Source: Minutocellus sp. GHC0000111 | Lineage: Eukaryota | Length of the DNA stretch: 64,000 nt | Assembly: GCA_977018835.1 (NCBI GenBank) | Contig: OZ361257.1 | Coordinates: 1,364,001-1,428,000 of the forward strand | Reading direction: 5' to 3' | Shown: one piece after another, positions 47,237 to 58,322 of the stretch | How the letters are laid out: every line of letters begins with the position of its first letter | Numbering within the stretch: the stretch's first letter is position 1 | Notes under the pieces: generated by a model | What the model saw: the letters and a program-made list of their open reading frames with translations, nothing else | Database searches by the model: none | Told to the model about the DNA's origin: nothing | Program-made: the position numbers and the translations under genes

Positions 47237-48524
47237 TCAAGTATATTGCATGAAAAATCCGACTTCTACTCTATGCTTTCTTCTGCAGCCACCTCCTTTG
47301 AATCTATCTCCTCTCCTCATCGGTCGAATGGCAAGCACTCTTGACTTGAAGCCCTCTACGCCGATATTTGTCGAAAACTCTGCAAATTGGTCCTTGTTTC
47401 CTTCTCTTGTAACAAAGTCTGTCTGCTGTGCGAAGTAATCCGAGCGAGCCTTGCCATTTGATAGCAGCAGTACCTTGCACAAGGATAGTTTTGTGAATGG
47501 TGCATTGAGATCGGGCGCAAAAGCGCGTTTCCATAGACCGACCGTCGTCTCATCCTTCCAGCTCGCACACTGATACGTCTTGGTCGCCTGATGCGTTACA
47601 ACTTTCTTGGTGAGAAACGACGGTCCCTGCAATGTGCTTTGTAGATCTAGGCCAGCATTACCATTGCCATCTCCCAATCCGACATAATCTGCCGATTCGC
47701 TCTCGAAACTGCGACGATTGGTAGTACCAAAACGCCATCCTCAGTATGAATGTTAACCAGGCCAGCGATTTTCTTTGCTCGTAGTGAAAGCACCTTACCG
47801 TCCAACGTGCTACCGGTGGAGCTTGTCGCAATCCCTCGACGTAGTCCTCCACGGCAGCAGGACCAGACAGAGCATTGGCCAAGTATCTTCTTGTACTGCA
47901 GCAATGTGCCTCGGTCAGATATAAGGCTCCAATCAAAATGACAAACCAAGAGTCAAAACGAGGGAGCAAGATTGTACATTTGACAAGGACCGATGCCACT
48001 TGCCACCATGGACCGACCACGTCAATGGTCTTCAGCATATCCCTCAGCTTGGACGCCAGCGCCGACAGAGCTGCACAGACCAAAATAATCGTCAGGGCCG
48101 TCGCTCGTACGTGTCTCACTCCAAGGCTCGAAAGAGTGGACGAGGTGCCGATGTATAGAACACCGGGACCACCCTGCCAGAAGATTTGGCCCGTCTCTCG
48201 ATCTATCAATGCCGATTCGCCCATGGATTCGGGGAGGGTAATCCCGCCGCCGCCGCCGCTCCCGCTGTATGTGTCGTCGTTGTTATTGCTGTTGCTGCCC
48301 CCCACCGAGAACGGATCTACCTTGGCAAGCTGTTTGGATATTTCATACTTTTCTTGCTCCGTCATGGACGACGATATGACCGGGGGAGGGTTGGAAGGCG
48401 CCGATGCGGCAGCAGCGGCAGCGCCGTCGGCAACGGCAAGCATCCCAACAGCCACCAAAAGATACGATGCTCCACGTGGACGGCGACGTGGACGGCGAGT
48501 GCAGGACGATGGCCTCAAATCCAA
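47237..48524 (-). pseudogene. TMEM151-family membrane protein, frameshifted and apparently 3'-truncated
   Basis: YLTEAHCCSTRRYL, LRQAPPVARWTVRCFHYE, KVVTHQAT, WKDET, FTKL and GFKSRVLA; frame change at about 47680. Confidence 0.72.
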
Positions 48525-48833
48525 CGGTCCATTCTTGCAGCAGCCAATGCCATTGGCAGCTGGTCTCTTTGATGCCTCATGGATGCTACGTAGTCAGGAG
48601 CCAGTCCGAGTATCTCGAGGCAGGCGGCAGGCGTAGGCGGAGATGATACAGCAGGCCAGTGCAAACAATCAGGCAAGTCAAATGCGTATGCCGAAAAGAA
48701 CCCGGAATTGGACCAGAGCGTGTGGTCCGTGCGGGTTGAGCACATATATAAAAAATAATATTTGTTATGTGCTCTTGGTGCGGGGCCGTGGGCTCCTTTG
48801 CGTGTAGACCGAAAGCGAGTAGTTCGAGGCGCC

Positions 48834-49601
48834 ATGGTGGTACTTTCGCCCAGCAAGGTGTCAGGTGTCGGCGTACACAGAACGTATCTGCGCCTGCCGA
48901 ACCCCGCGTTGCCGTTTGCACCACCACCCTTCTGCTACTCGGCAGACGCATTTACCCTGCCTTCTGAAGATGACGAAGGAGATGTTGGACCATCTCTTGA
49001 TGTGACCCCAAACTTCCTGGCAACGCAAGTGTGGCCGTCTGCCAGGGCGGCTGCCACGACAATCGAAAAATGCAGTGACCCATCATGGATTATTTGTGAG
49101 TTTGGATGCGGCCCTGGTCTACCGTCCATTGTGGCTGCGTTGACTCGAGCTACTTGTAAGAGAGATGATGATGGGACACCCACAGACAGCAGGGCAAGTG
49201 TGATTGCCACCGATTATGACGAATTTGCGCTTCAACTGGTAGAGGCTGCCGCCAGGGAACAGGGGCTGGACTCGATATTGTCCACGCAAACATTCGATTT
49301 AACCTGCACAGAAACTGAACTACCGGGAGCTGATCTCTATGTAATGTCTGATGTATTTGAGTGCCGCGAAGTGGCCATCGGTGCAGCGAAACAAACACTA
49401 CGGGCTTTGAATCTGGGCAAAAGAGTTTGGATCTTTGCTCAAAGTGATCGGGCTCAGAGGGAAATATATCGGGATCATTTAAATGCATTACTAGAAGAAA
49501 GTGGAAGGGTGGCGGTCGAATGGACAGAAATGGCAAGTGTTCAAGAGCAGGACTCGTTGGTATTATTCGATGTCGATGAGACAAAGGTTGAGTACTGTTG
49601 A
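48834..49601 (+). CDS. Class I SAM-dependent methyltransferase (METTL21/family 16-like)
   Basis: QVWPSARAAA, ICEFGCGPGLPSI, VIATDYD and YVMSDVF. Confidence 0.82.
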   Translation: MVVLSPSKVSGVGVHRTYLRLPNPALPFAPPPFCYSADAFTLPSEDDEGDVGPSLDVTPNFLATQVWPSARAAATTIEKCSDPSWIICEFGCGPGLPSIVAALTRATCKRDDDGTPTDSRASVIATDYDEFALQLVEAAAREQGLDSILSTQTFDLTCTETELPGADLYVMSDVFECREVAIGAAKQTLRALNLGKRVWIFAQSDRAQREIYRDHLNALLEESGRVAVEWTEMASVQEQDSLVLFDVDETKVEYC

Positions 49602-49639
49602 TATACGTAGTAGATCATGTATATATTCTAATATAGTCA

Positions 49640-52600
49640 TTATATCGTCACAAATAGGCAGTGCGTACATGTAAATATGGTTGCATTCCATCTACACCTC
49701 CCAAAGAGGATCGTTGCAGGGCTTCTAGGAGACAGAACTTGGCCATTACTGTTTCCTTTTTGAGACGCAAGAATCTTGGCTTCGGCGTCTCTCTGTAGAG
49801 TGTCAGCGATGGCTTTGCAACCGGAGCAAATGAAGGTGGCATCGTCCATGGACTTGCAACGCAAGACGACATCACGAAGATTTCCAGGATATCCGTCCTC
49901 AGCAGTGTGAAGGACAACAACCACAGAGTCCTTGAACTCCCCCTGTAGCTGCTTCTTGCTGAGAGGATAGTCAGTTACATTGCCGAGCGAAGCTCCCTGC
50001 AAATTGCTGAGTAGCATACCTCCCTTACCAGTCTTGTCGATGTCAGAGACGCTGTGCTCCCTCGTCTTCGTGTTGAACTTCTTGGCCCAGAGCAAGCCCT
50101 GGGGACAATGGCCGCGATCGCCAGAGAAGATGCTATTCTTGCCCTGGGAGAGATATGTCACCTCCTTCGAGACGGTAAGGACACGATCTTGCCACTTCTT
50201 GTCGCGATTCATCTTGAGAACATCCATGCCTTGGTTCTTCATACGGATACAGAATTTCTCCAATGTTTGGCGCTGCATGATGGCGCTCTTGGCTGCCAAC
50301 ATCTTGCTGCCTGTAGGGGCGCTCGGTGGCTTGGGCTTTATTTGCAAGGGAGACTCGGGCTTGAGCGGCGATGGCTGCAGGGCATCACGAGGCCCAGTTG
50401 CACTTGACGGACGAGGCGACTTCGACGATGGCATCGGATCACCTTCATGTTGCATCTCGAAATTATTGAAGGTCTGACCCGGCTGCTTGTTCTCGGCGTT
50501 GCTACTAGTGTTGCTAGTTGGCGTGATCGATGCCGCATTTTCTTCAACCTTCTCCATCCCAGCGGCGGCAGCTGCACCTCCGTAAGAATTCAATAGAAGC
50601 TGCTCCTGGGCACGGGCGCGGCGCTCCAAGTGCTGCGCTCGTTGCTGTCGTTGCTCGAGTTCTTCAAGATGAGTTGCGGTCCCTATGGATTTGCTTGCTA
50701 CTGAATTCGATGTAGTATCGGCCAATGCCGCCGCCGAGTCCTTCTTGTCCCAAGCATCCCAAAGTCTCTGCTCCTGTGAGGTCGCGATTGAAATTGATGT
50801 TGGAAATTGAGAGGAATATATTAGACAATACCGTGATCAATGTGCATGGTAACAAAAAGAAGTAATTGGAGGCCGCTTACCTTTCTCGAGAGTCCACCGT
50901 TTTCAGCGTCAGTAACTGTGTCAGTACCCAAAGTGCCATTGAGCGTGGAGTTGTCCAAGGTTCGATCAAAGCTTTGGCCTCCTCGTCCTTTTCGTCCTCC
51001 TTCTTCTTCGTTGTAAAGATCGCCATCCTCCAGCGACCTATCATCAAAGCTGTGAGGTCGAGGTCCGTGACCAGCGCACTGCGTCGCGATGGAATCCAGA
51101 ACACCGCACCCAAAACGAGAGAAAAAGTCAATGTGCCTCGAACCAGACGAGGTGCCGCTTGCCGAGGTCATGACGGTGCTTCCACCCCTCGTGATATCAT
51201 CGTAAGTGTCGGTACCTTCCGAATACGAATCGTAATCGTAATGCCTTCGCGACTTGCGGCCCTTCTTATCGTTGCCCTTTCTCCTTCCTTTTCTGTCCCC
51301 GTGCCGTCTTGACTCGGCCGTATCGAGAGTATGATCAAGGGTATTATCGTAGGTGTCATCAACGGTGTTGTCGATTGTGTTGACATCAGGATCAAAGGTG
51401 TCCTCGTCCTCGTATTCGTCGTTGGAACCTTTCGATTTCGACTCGGCATCACCCTCGAGGATTGGTTCGTACTTTGCCGATGGGGTGGTGGCGGCCGCCG
51501 CGTAAGCTTCGTAGGCTTCCTTCCTCGCCGTAGGACCAGTATCAATAATGGAGGACGTGATATCCGACGTAACGGTGCCAGCATCTTCAAATTCAAGAAT
51601 ATTCTGGTTGTCTTCGCCACCCATCACAAACTGATTTTGCTTCGTCGAGCCATTGTCCAACCCCAGCACGCCAGCTGCGTTGGGCTCGTTGAGACCCTCC
51701 TTTTCCATGCCAAGGACTCCCGCGGTGGCTGGTTCATTCAAAGCAGCAGCTGCAGCAGCAACAACATTCTCCTTATTGGCAGCTGCACCTGTATCTCGAG
51801 TCGAGGCGCTGTACTCCAGATTCAATGAGTGTGCATTCTGCCCGCTCGTGTTGGCATCTGACCGCTTACTAGCAATCAAAGAAGTAGATCCGGCAAAGGA
51901 AGTGGCATCGTCCATCAATGCCTTGGGACCTTCGACAGTGTTGAGACCGGCGGTGCCCTTCGATTCAAAGCCTGTCACTGCATTCGAGGCCATGGCCGGC
52001 GACTGAGCCTCGCCAAGGCTGGCCTTCGACGCATCGGGGCGGGAAGCAGTTGGGCTTGCAACTGGACTGGCAACACCATCAAAAATATCTTCGTTGGGAA
52101 GCTCGCCACGAGTCACAGCAAGTGGCTTCTGGGACGGCTTGTCATTTGCACTTGGCAGTACCGTTCCGTCCTCGAGGCCACTGAAGACATCTTCATCGTC
52201 ATCAGGATTGATGTTGAGCTTGGCGGCAAGCCTCTTTCCGAGTGAATCTGCTGTAGCCGCAGACGCAGCTGTAAAGTGGGAGGCCTGGCCGCTGGCAACA
52301 CTATTCATTGCTGGCGACGGCGACCGCACAGGGTGGTGAACCGGAGACGGTGGCATCATAGACTTCTTCACCGCAGGCGGCTGGTTAGCGGCAGAAGAAG
52401 GCGGTGGGACTGTCTCTGATACGGGGAAACCAGCGTCATCGAGATGAGATTCGGCTACGCTCTGCAGCTGTTTGGGTTTATTGCTTCCATGAGGTCCCGG
52501 TGACTCTTCGGAGAAGGGATCCTTCCACCACGACGTTCCCGACTTCTCAGCCTCAGAGATCGCCTTGGAGCCGTCATTGGACTTGTTGTCAGCAGACTGA

Positions 52601-55293
52601 GGCGAGAATGTGGGGTTGTCGAAGTCTGAATCGGAATCAGACCCAAATCCATTCGTACCGGCCGACTTGAATGCATCGGGGGACAATACAGGGGCTACCG
52701 GCCTAGGAGATGGTGCCTGCTGACCGGGTGTACCACTGTTTGCGGGCGGATCCCGTGTTGCCCGAAGGGGCTCCTCCTGCGGCTGTTGATGCGGCTGTTC
52801 GTGTGGGTGGGGATGCGAGGCAAAGGTGGACTGAGTCAGGTGCGAAATTGACGATGGATCAAAGGACGGCTCCGACATGTTGGCTTCACTGCCCTCTCTC
52901 GGTCCAGCATTTCCGTAGTAGTATCCGGCTTGCTGCTGCATATTCGGATTCACTGCCATGGACTGAATCGTCTCCCGCTGCTGCTGCTGCTGATTGTACT
53001 GCATACCAGTATTTGGGTTGGTCTGCTCGTAAGTATACGTCTCACTGTGAGATTGATGGTGCATATGAGAAACAATCGGCTCTGCAGTGAAGCCAACACC
53101 TCCTTGTTGAGCAGAAGGGTAGGTACTGCCCTGTTGGTGATAGTTCTGCGCTTGGGGAGGTGGACGGTACGGAGACAAGCCATTTGGTGCCCCTTGTTGA
53201 TTGGGCGGGGACAACGTGTATTCGCGATACTTGCTCTGCTGCTCCTGTGCCCGGAAGGATTCGATGGGATCGACCTGCAAATGAGGCGGCTGGTTCTGGT
53301 AGTACATGCCAGAATCCTGAGGCATTGGGGCCGAATACTGCTGCTGCTGCTGCTCCATGTTGTAAACCTGCTGTTGGTGGTGGTATGCAGGAGCGTGTTG
53401 AGGATGCATCATTGGGCTGGAATTGGTCGGCGCAGGCGCATACGAGGTTGTAGGAGAGGACGAATGGTAGGGAGGCACGGGCGCATTCATACTAGCAGCC
53501 GGGGCAACGGCATGAGGATACGGATTGTTGGGCAGGGGCGGCGCAGGCACAGACGGCTGCTGGAAAGATGGCTGCGGGGGAGGCGGTGCCGTCGGATCGT
53601 CGTAGTCGAACTGCGAGAACTGCGGCGTCGGCGGTACGTTGGGAGGAAGGTAGTCCTGCCCATACACCGCAGTCGGATCGTTGGGCTGCATCATCTCCTC
53701 CTCCTGCCTCACCAAGATCTCGGCCTGACGCTCCATCTGCTGCTTCATCACCGAGGCCCGTGCCTCGAGGTGGCGGATCTCCTCCTCGGCCTTGAGTCTG
53801 GCCTCCTCCTGCTCCGGCGATAACAGCATTGCATCTGCCGCTGATCCCTCCGGCTGGTGACGCGACGTCCTCGTGGGCGTCGGAGGCTGTCGGGGCGACG
53901 GCGGTGGGACCTCCTTCACTTCTTCAGGTTCCATCGGCGGTGCCCTCTCAACTTCCTGCTAGTCCATCTGAGCCTCGACGGCCTTCTGGGCACGATCCCA
54001 GGCCGTCTTCCTCGACGGAGTGGGAGATTCCCGGGGAGGGTCGGGACGGGACGACGGTCCCGGCGACGAAGAGCGTGCAGTGCTGGGAGCATCGTTGTTG
54101 TGCCGCCGGAAGGGAGACGGGGCGCGTCCCTTGGCGGTCGACCGAGGCGAGGGGGAGGCATTCCGGACGCTGGTGTCCATCTTCTGGATGAGGCGGATGC
54201 CATTCTCGACGCTCAGGTGCTCGGACTTGGAGCTGCTCGCGCTCATGGGACTGGAGGGGCTGGCAACGCCGCAGCTTTCGATGTCGGACGTGGGATCGGA
54301 GCTTCCAGGCTCCTCGTGGGCCACCTGAACGGTGTCGACGGGAGTTGGCGGAGTGGGAGGAGCCTCCTGCTTTCCATACCGACCGCTGGGCTCGACCGAA
54401 CGAGATCGGCCGGACCGGTTGGAGCTGACACTGCGCGACCTAGATCTGCCGCTACTGCCGGTGGCACTAGCACCAGTGGGGAGCAGGGCAGGATTCTCCG
54501 ATCGGAGTTTGCGAAGGTTGGCCGAGCGGCTTCCACCAGCACTGCCGCTGCCACTTCCACTGGGGCGGGCGGGAGAGGGAGATGGACTTGCCGACCGACG
54601 CGACGAGGCCGAGGCTCGGGGAGCTGGACTTGCCGATCGAGCGCGAGTGCGGGTGCTGCTGCTGGCACCGCCCCGTCCCCGCCGCTGGGGGGTGTTGGCC
54701 GCCTTGGCGGTCATCTGCGACGACGTGGTGTGGTGCGAGGTGGTGGACATGACGTCGCTGGCGCTGCTCATGACGCTATCGATCTGCATCTGGGGTGACG
54801 GGGAGGGAGCTCGACGGCTGCTGCTGCTGCTGCTAGAAGTACCGTTGCTGCCACTGCCCCCGGCGGTCGGTGGGTGTACCGGTGGATGATGATGGTGGCT
54901 GCTGGCAGACGAAGCTGGAGCTTTGGACGACGACGATGCAGCCTTGGCAGCCTTTCTGGCCCGGTAGGCCGCAGCCCTCTGACCACGAGTGCGGCTCCTC
55001 GACGAAGCGACGCTGGAGGCATCGCCACCACCGCCACCATTGCCACCGCTCGACGAAGACGGCGACAGCATTGCCGATCCAACATCCACAACGACGCCAC
55101 CACCGCCACCATTGCCGCCTGAGCCAACGTTATCGTCGGCCGACAAGGCGGAGGAAGGGGCGGCGTCGGCAATACTACTGCCAGAACCACCGCCAGCGCT
55201 GCTGCTGCGGGGGGTGATGGCCCGGTGCTGCTTCTCCCGAATCTGCTTGATCCTGGCAGCTCGGCGGGAGGCTGTCGAGGAGTTCGAGGACAT
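49640..55293 (-). CDS. Very large low-complexity (S/R-, P/Q-, D/T-rich) protein with a C-terminal PH-like domain; in-frame TAG at 53961-53959; intron 50880-50774
   Basis: ORFs 53959-55377 and 50821-53934 are in the same frame, separated only by one TAG; the intron joins to ORF 49640-50725 containing GMDVLKMNRDKKWQDRVLTVS...LLW. Confidence 0.65.
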
Positions 55294-56293
55294 GCTGCTG
55301 CGGGCTATGTGTATGCTGCTCAATTGCTCAATTACAACGGTATCTGACGACTGACGACCACAACTTAACAGCGTCAAGGGGGCAAAATCAAGTTAAGTTC
55401 AAGATACCCAGCCGTCCGTCACCTTGATACGAATCGAGATTCGACACAGACCAGCGCAGCCGGTGCCTTCGCTTCGAACCGATGCTCCACAGGAAGTTCG
55501 TCGGCTTCAGCAATGACCAAGCAACCTTGCCTTACAGCACGGTTCCAAAATTGGGTCCCAGCAAAGCAACGCCGCTGGGTCAATAAATCCAAACGCCAAA
55601 GGGCCCGCCGTTGGTCCAGTCTCAAGAGGCAAAGACCTTGTTGACGTTTGTGTTCTCTCTCTCTCTGGCTGTTGTATGTATGTGTGTGGTTCACACAAGG
55701 GCAGTATCTGGGCTAGCTGGTGGCAGTTGTATGTATGTGCTAACTGAAGATGCCGAGATGCCGCTGTGTGCCCGATATGCCAATGACGCCGCCGCTCTCT
55801 CCAAACAAAGAGGAACGCACTGGCTTGGTATTATTCGACAGTAAAAGGAACAGCACAACTCAAAAGCAGCAAGGAGAGGCGAGGGCTAATGTACTGTGCT
55901 GTGCTGAGTTGATCGTTTATTCTCGGTGGGAGACCACAGAGGGTTGAAAGGGAGGGCAAGAGATGTGACCAGCAAACGAAGCGACCACACATCAACGCCG
56001 AAAATAAGTTTGTTCGTGCTGGTTTCTTTTCGGTTGTTTGTTCCGGGTGTTTCTCCCAAAACGCCGACGGCGAAGTTTTCCACTGCAAAGATTTGTGAAA
56101 GATCGCCACAGTCCACAACGTCAAGGTGTCAAGCTGCCTCGAGACGGAGTCGGTAGCGGGTACTGTAGGAATTCTGCTACTGCCAGCAAAGGCGGGCTGG
56201 CGCCGAGGGCACAGCTTGTCGTTGAAGTAGGAGCAGCCCACCCTTTTTTCATCTTGTCGGTTTGTCGGTTGTCGCTTTGGCTCGACAGAAACC

Positions 56294-58030
56294 ATGGCCG
56301 CTCCTGCTGCTGCTCCACCGACGGGGGCCCTGGCCCTCCTCGAGAAGTACTCGACCCTGAACAGCAACATCGAATCGGCCCGTCAGTCCATCGCCTCCGA
56401 GACGGACGAGCTGGAAAGGATCCAATCGACCCTCGCCGAGCTCCGCACGGATCGTCAATCGATGCTCCAGCAAACCTCGGAGGCCAGGGCCGAATACGGC
56501 AAGCACGGGCGGCTGGCACGGCAGCTCAAGCGGGCGCTGCGCGTGTACGACGACCGGACCGCCGCGCGGGATGCCGCTCAGCGCGACCTCGACGAGGCCC
56601 GGAGGGAGGAGGAGGCGGCCCGGCGCGGGGCCGAGGAGGGACGGCTGGCGTTCCTGGAGCGCCGGCGGGAGTTCCGTCAGGCCTGCCGGCAGGTGCGGCT
56701 GATGGCGTTGGCTCATCAGCATCATCATCCGGACAATGCCAACACCGATGTCGGTAGTGGTGGGATCGGTCATGATGCTGGTGGAGAGGAATATCAATTC
56801 GGGTCCCTTCGCGCCCTGCTCCTCCTTGGTGAAAAGGATGGTAGCTGCGGTGATGACGATGACAGTACCGGTGGCGGAGGAAAGGAGAATGGGCAGCATC
56901 AGCAGCAGAAGAAGCGCAGCCGCACAAGTAGCCGCACCCACCAGCCGGACGAGGAGGTCCTGCAGGCCAAAGCCGCGTACGACGAGGCCCGTACGCGGCA
57001 GGGGACGGCGTCGGCGGCCCTGGACCAGATCCGGTCCGACCACCGCCAGGCCGTCCGACGCTCGGAGGATCGGGCCCGGCGGTTGGGATTGCAGCGCGCC
57101 CAGCTCGATCGGGTGAGGGCCGACGCCGAGCGGATGGAACGGGAGCTGCAGACGCTGGAGAGGGAGACGCGGGAGGCCACCGAGATTGGCGATGGGTTGG
57201 CCCGCGATGCCGAGCGGAGGAAGATGAGGGCCAGTGGTGGCGGTGGTGGCAATGGTGGTGCACCTACTTTGAACAGAGGCTCGTACCAGACCCACACTCA
57301 GTCCCATCAGCACCAACGTCAGCATCAACCTCATCAGCAGCAGGCCCAGCGGGGCTCCTTCCATCGGAGCTTCAATCTTCCTGAGGAGGTGACGGAGGCC
57401 GTGATTGATATCCAACATCACCACCATGGAGGAGGAGGGAGAGGAGGAGCATCATTTTCTTCATCGTCGACGACAGCGTCTCCCTCTCGTCGGATTACAA
57501 TGACGCCGTATGTCAACGATCAGCGGCACCACCACCAGCAGCAGATGGGGCAGAGTGGATATGGCGGAAGTGGCGGTGGTGGTACTACTGCCGCTGGTGG
57601 AGCTGCAGGTGGTGTTAGGGGGGCTGTGACCAATCCTTACAATAGGACTGCGGGCGGAAATGCGTTTGGTGGCAACCAGAACCAGAACTTGCGTCAGCCT
57701 CCGACCAATCCCTACGCCACCTCAAATGGTGGCTCCGGTGGTGGAGGCCCTACCAGCAGCAACGCCTCCAGCCGGCCCATGAACTCTGTCCAGAGGCAGC
57801 ACCCGCACCGGGGTGGTCGGGTCAGGGCCGATCGGCGTTTCACCACGGCTTTGGAAATATTCTCGGGTGGGGCCGAGGACGATACCGATGGTCCCGATCG
57901 GTCGGCCGGACCGCCCCCTGCGTCCATGATGTCGTCGGCCTCAGTGCAGGCCAACCACGACCGTGTCCGCAAGATGCTGGAAGATGACTCGGATGACGAC
58001 GATGATGATATTTTGAGGCCCATTTGGTGA
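56294..58030 (+). CDS. Hypothetical coiled-coil protein with a G/Q/H-rich disordered tail
   Basis: 578-aa ORF with GC3-rich codons, two heptad-rich segments and NPY repeats. Confidence 0.7.
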   Translation: MAAPAAAPPTGALALLEKYSTLNSNIESARQSIASETDELERIQSTLAELRTDRQSMLQQTSEARAEYGKHGRLARQLKRALRVYDDRTAARDAAQRDLDEARREEEAARRGAEEGRLAFLERRREFRQACRQVRLMALAHQHHHPDNANTDVGSGGIGHDAGGEEYQFGSLRALLLLGEKDGSCGDDDDSTGGGGKENGQHQQQKKRSRTSSRTHQPDEEVLQAKAAYDEARTRQGTASAALDQIRSDHRQAVRRSEDRARRLGLQRAQLDRVRADAERMERELQTLERETREATEIGDGLARDAERRKMRASGGGGGNGGAPTLNRGSYQTHTQSHQHQRQHQPHQQQAQRGSFHRSFNLPEEVTEAVIDIQHHHHGGGGRGGASFSSSSTTASPSRRITMTPYVNDQRHHHQQQMGQSGYGGSGGGGTTAAGGAAGGVRGAVTNPYNRTAGGNAFGGNQNQNLRQPPTNPYATSNGGSGGGGPTSSNASSRPMNSVQRQHPHRGGRVRADRRFTTALEIFSGGAEDDTDGPDRSAGPPPASMMSSASVQANHDRVRKMLEDDSDDDDDDILRPIW

Positions 58031-58322
58031 ATGTGAAGTGACGAATTATCTGATGAGAGACGTAACGAGTGAGGAAAATAGTCGAAAGTCGAGAGGAATT
58101 AGATTCCTCCCTTTCTTGACCACCCCATGGTATCGGCTCGGGACTACACAACAGCACTTGCAATACATCTTTACTTTACTAAAAATAGTTGACAAATAAT
58201 CCGTGTCTTCGTTCTTCTTCATTGTACTTTGGGTTTTCTCTAGGCAGCTAGTAGATGGCACACATAATGTAAAATTCAAACCTTCTTTTCATACTGGCTT
58301 CAACTGAATATCATCATTCAAT

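Noticed and set aside
55419..56250. Short ORFs in the intergenic regions 55.4-56.2 kb and 60.5-61.4 kb
   Set aside because: No coding-like composition or motifs; these are likely divergent promoter regions.
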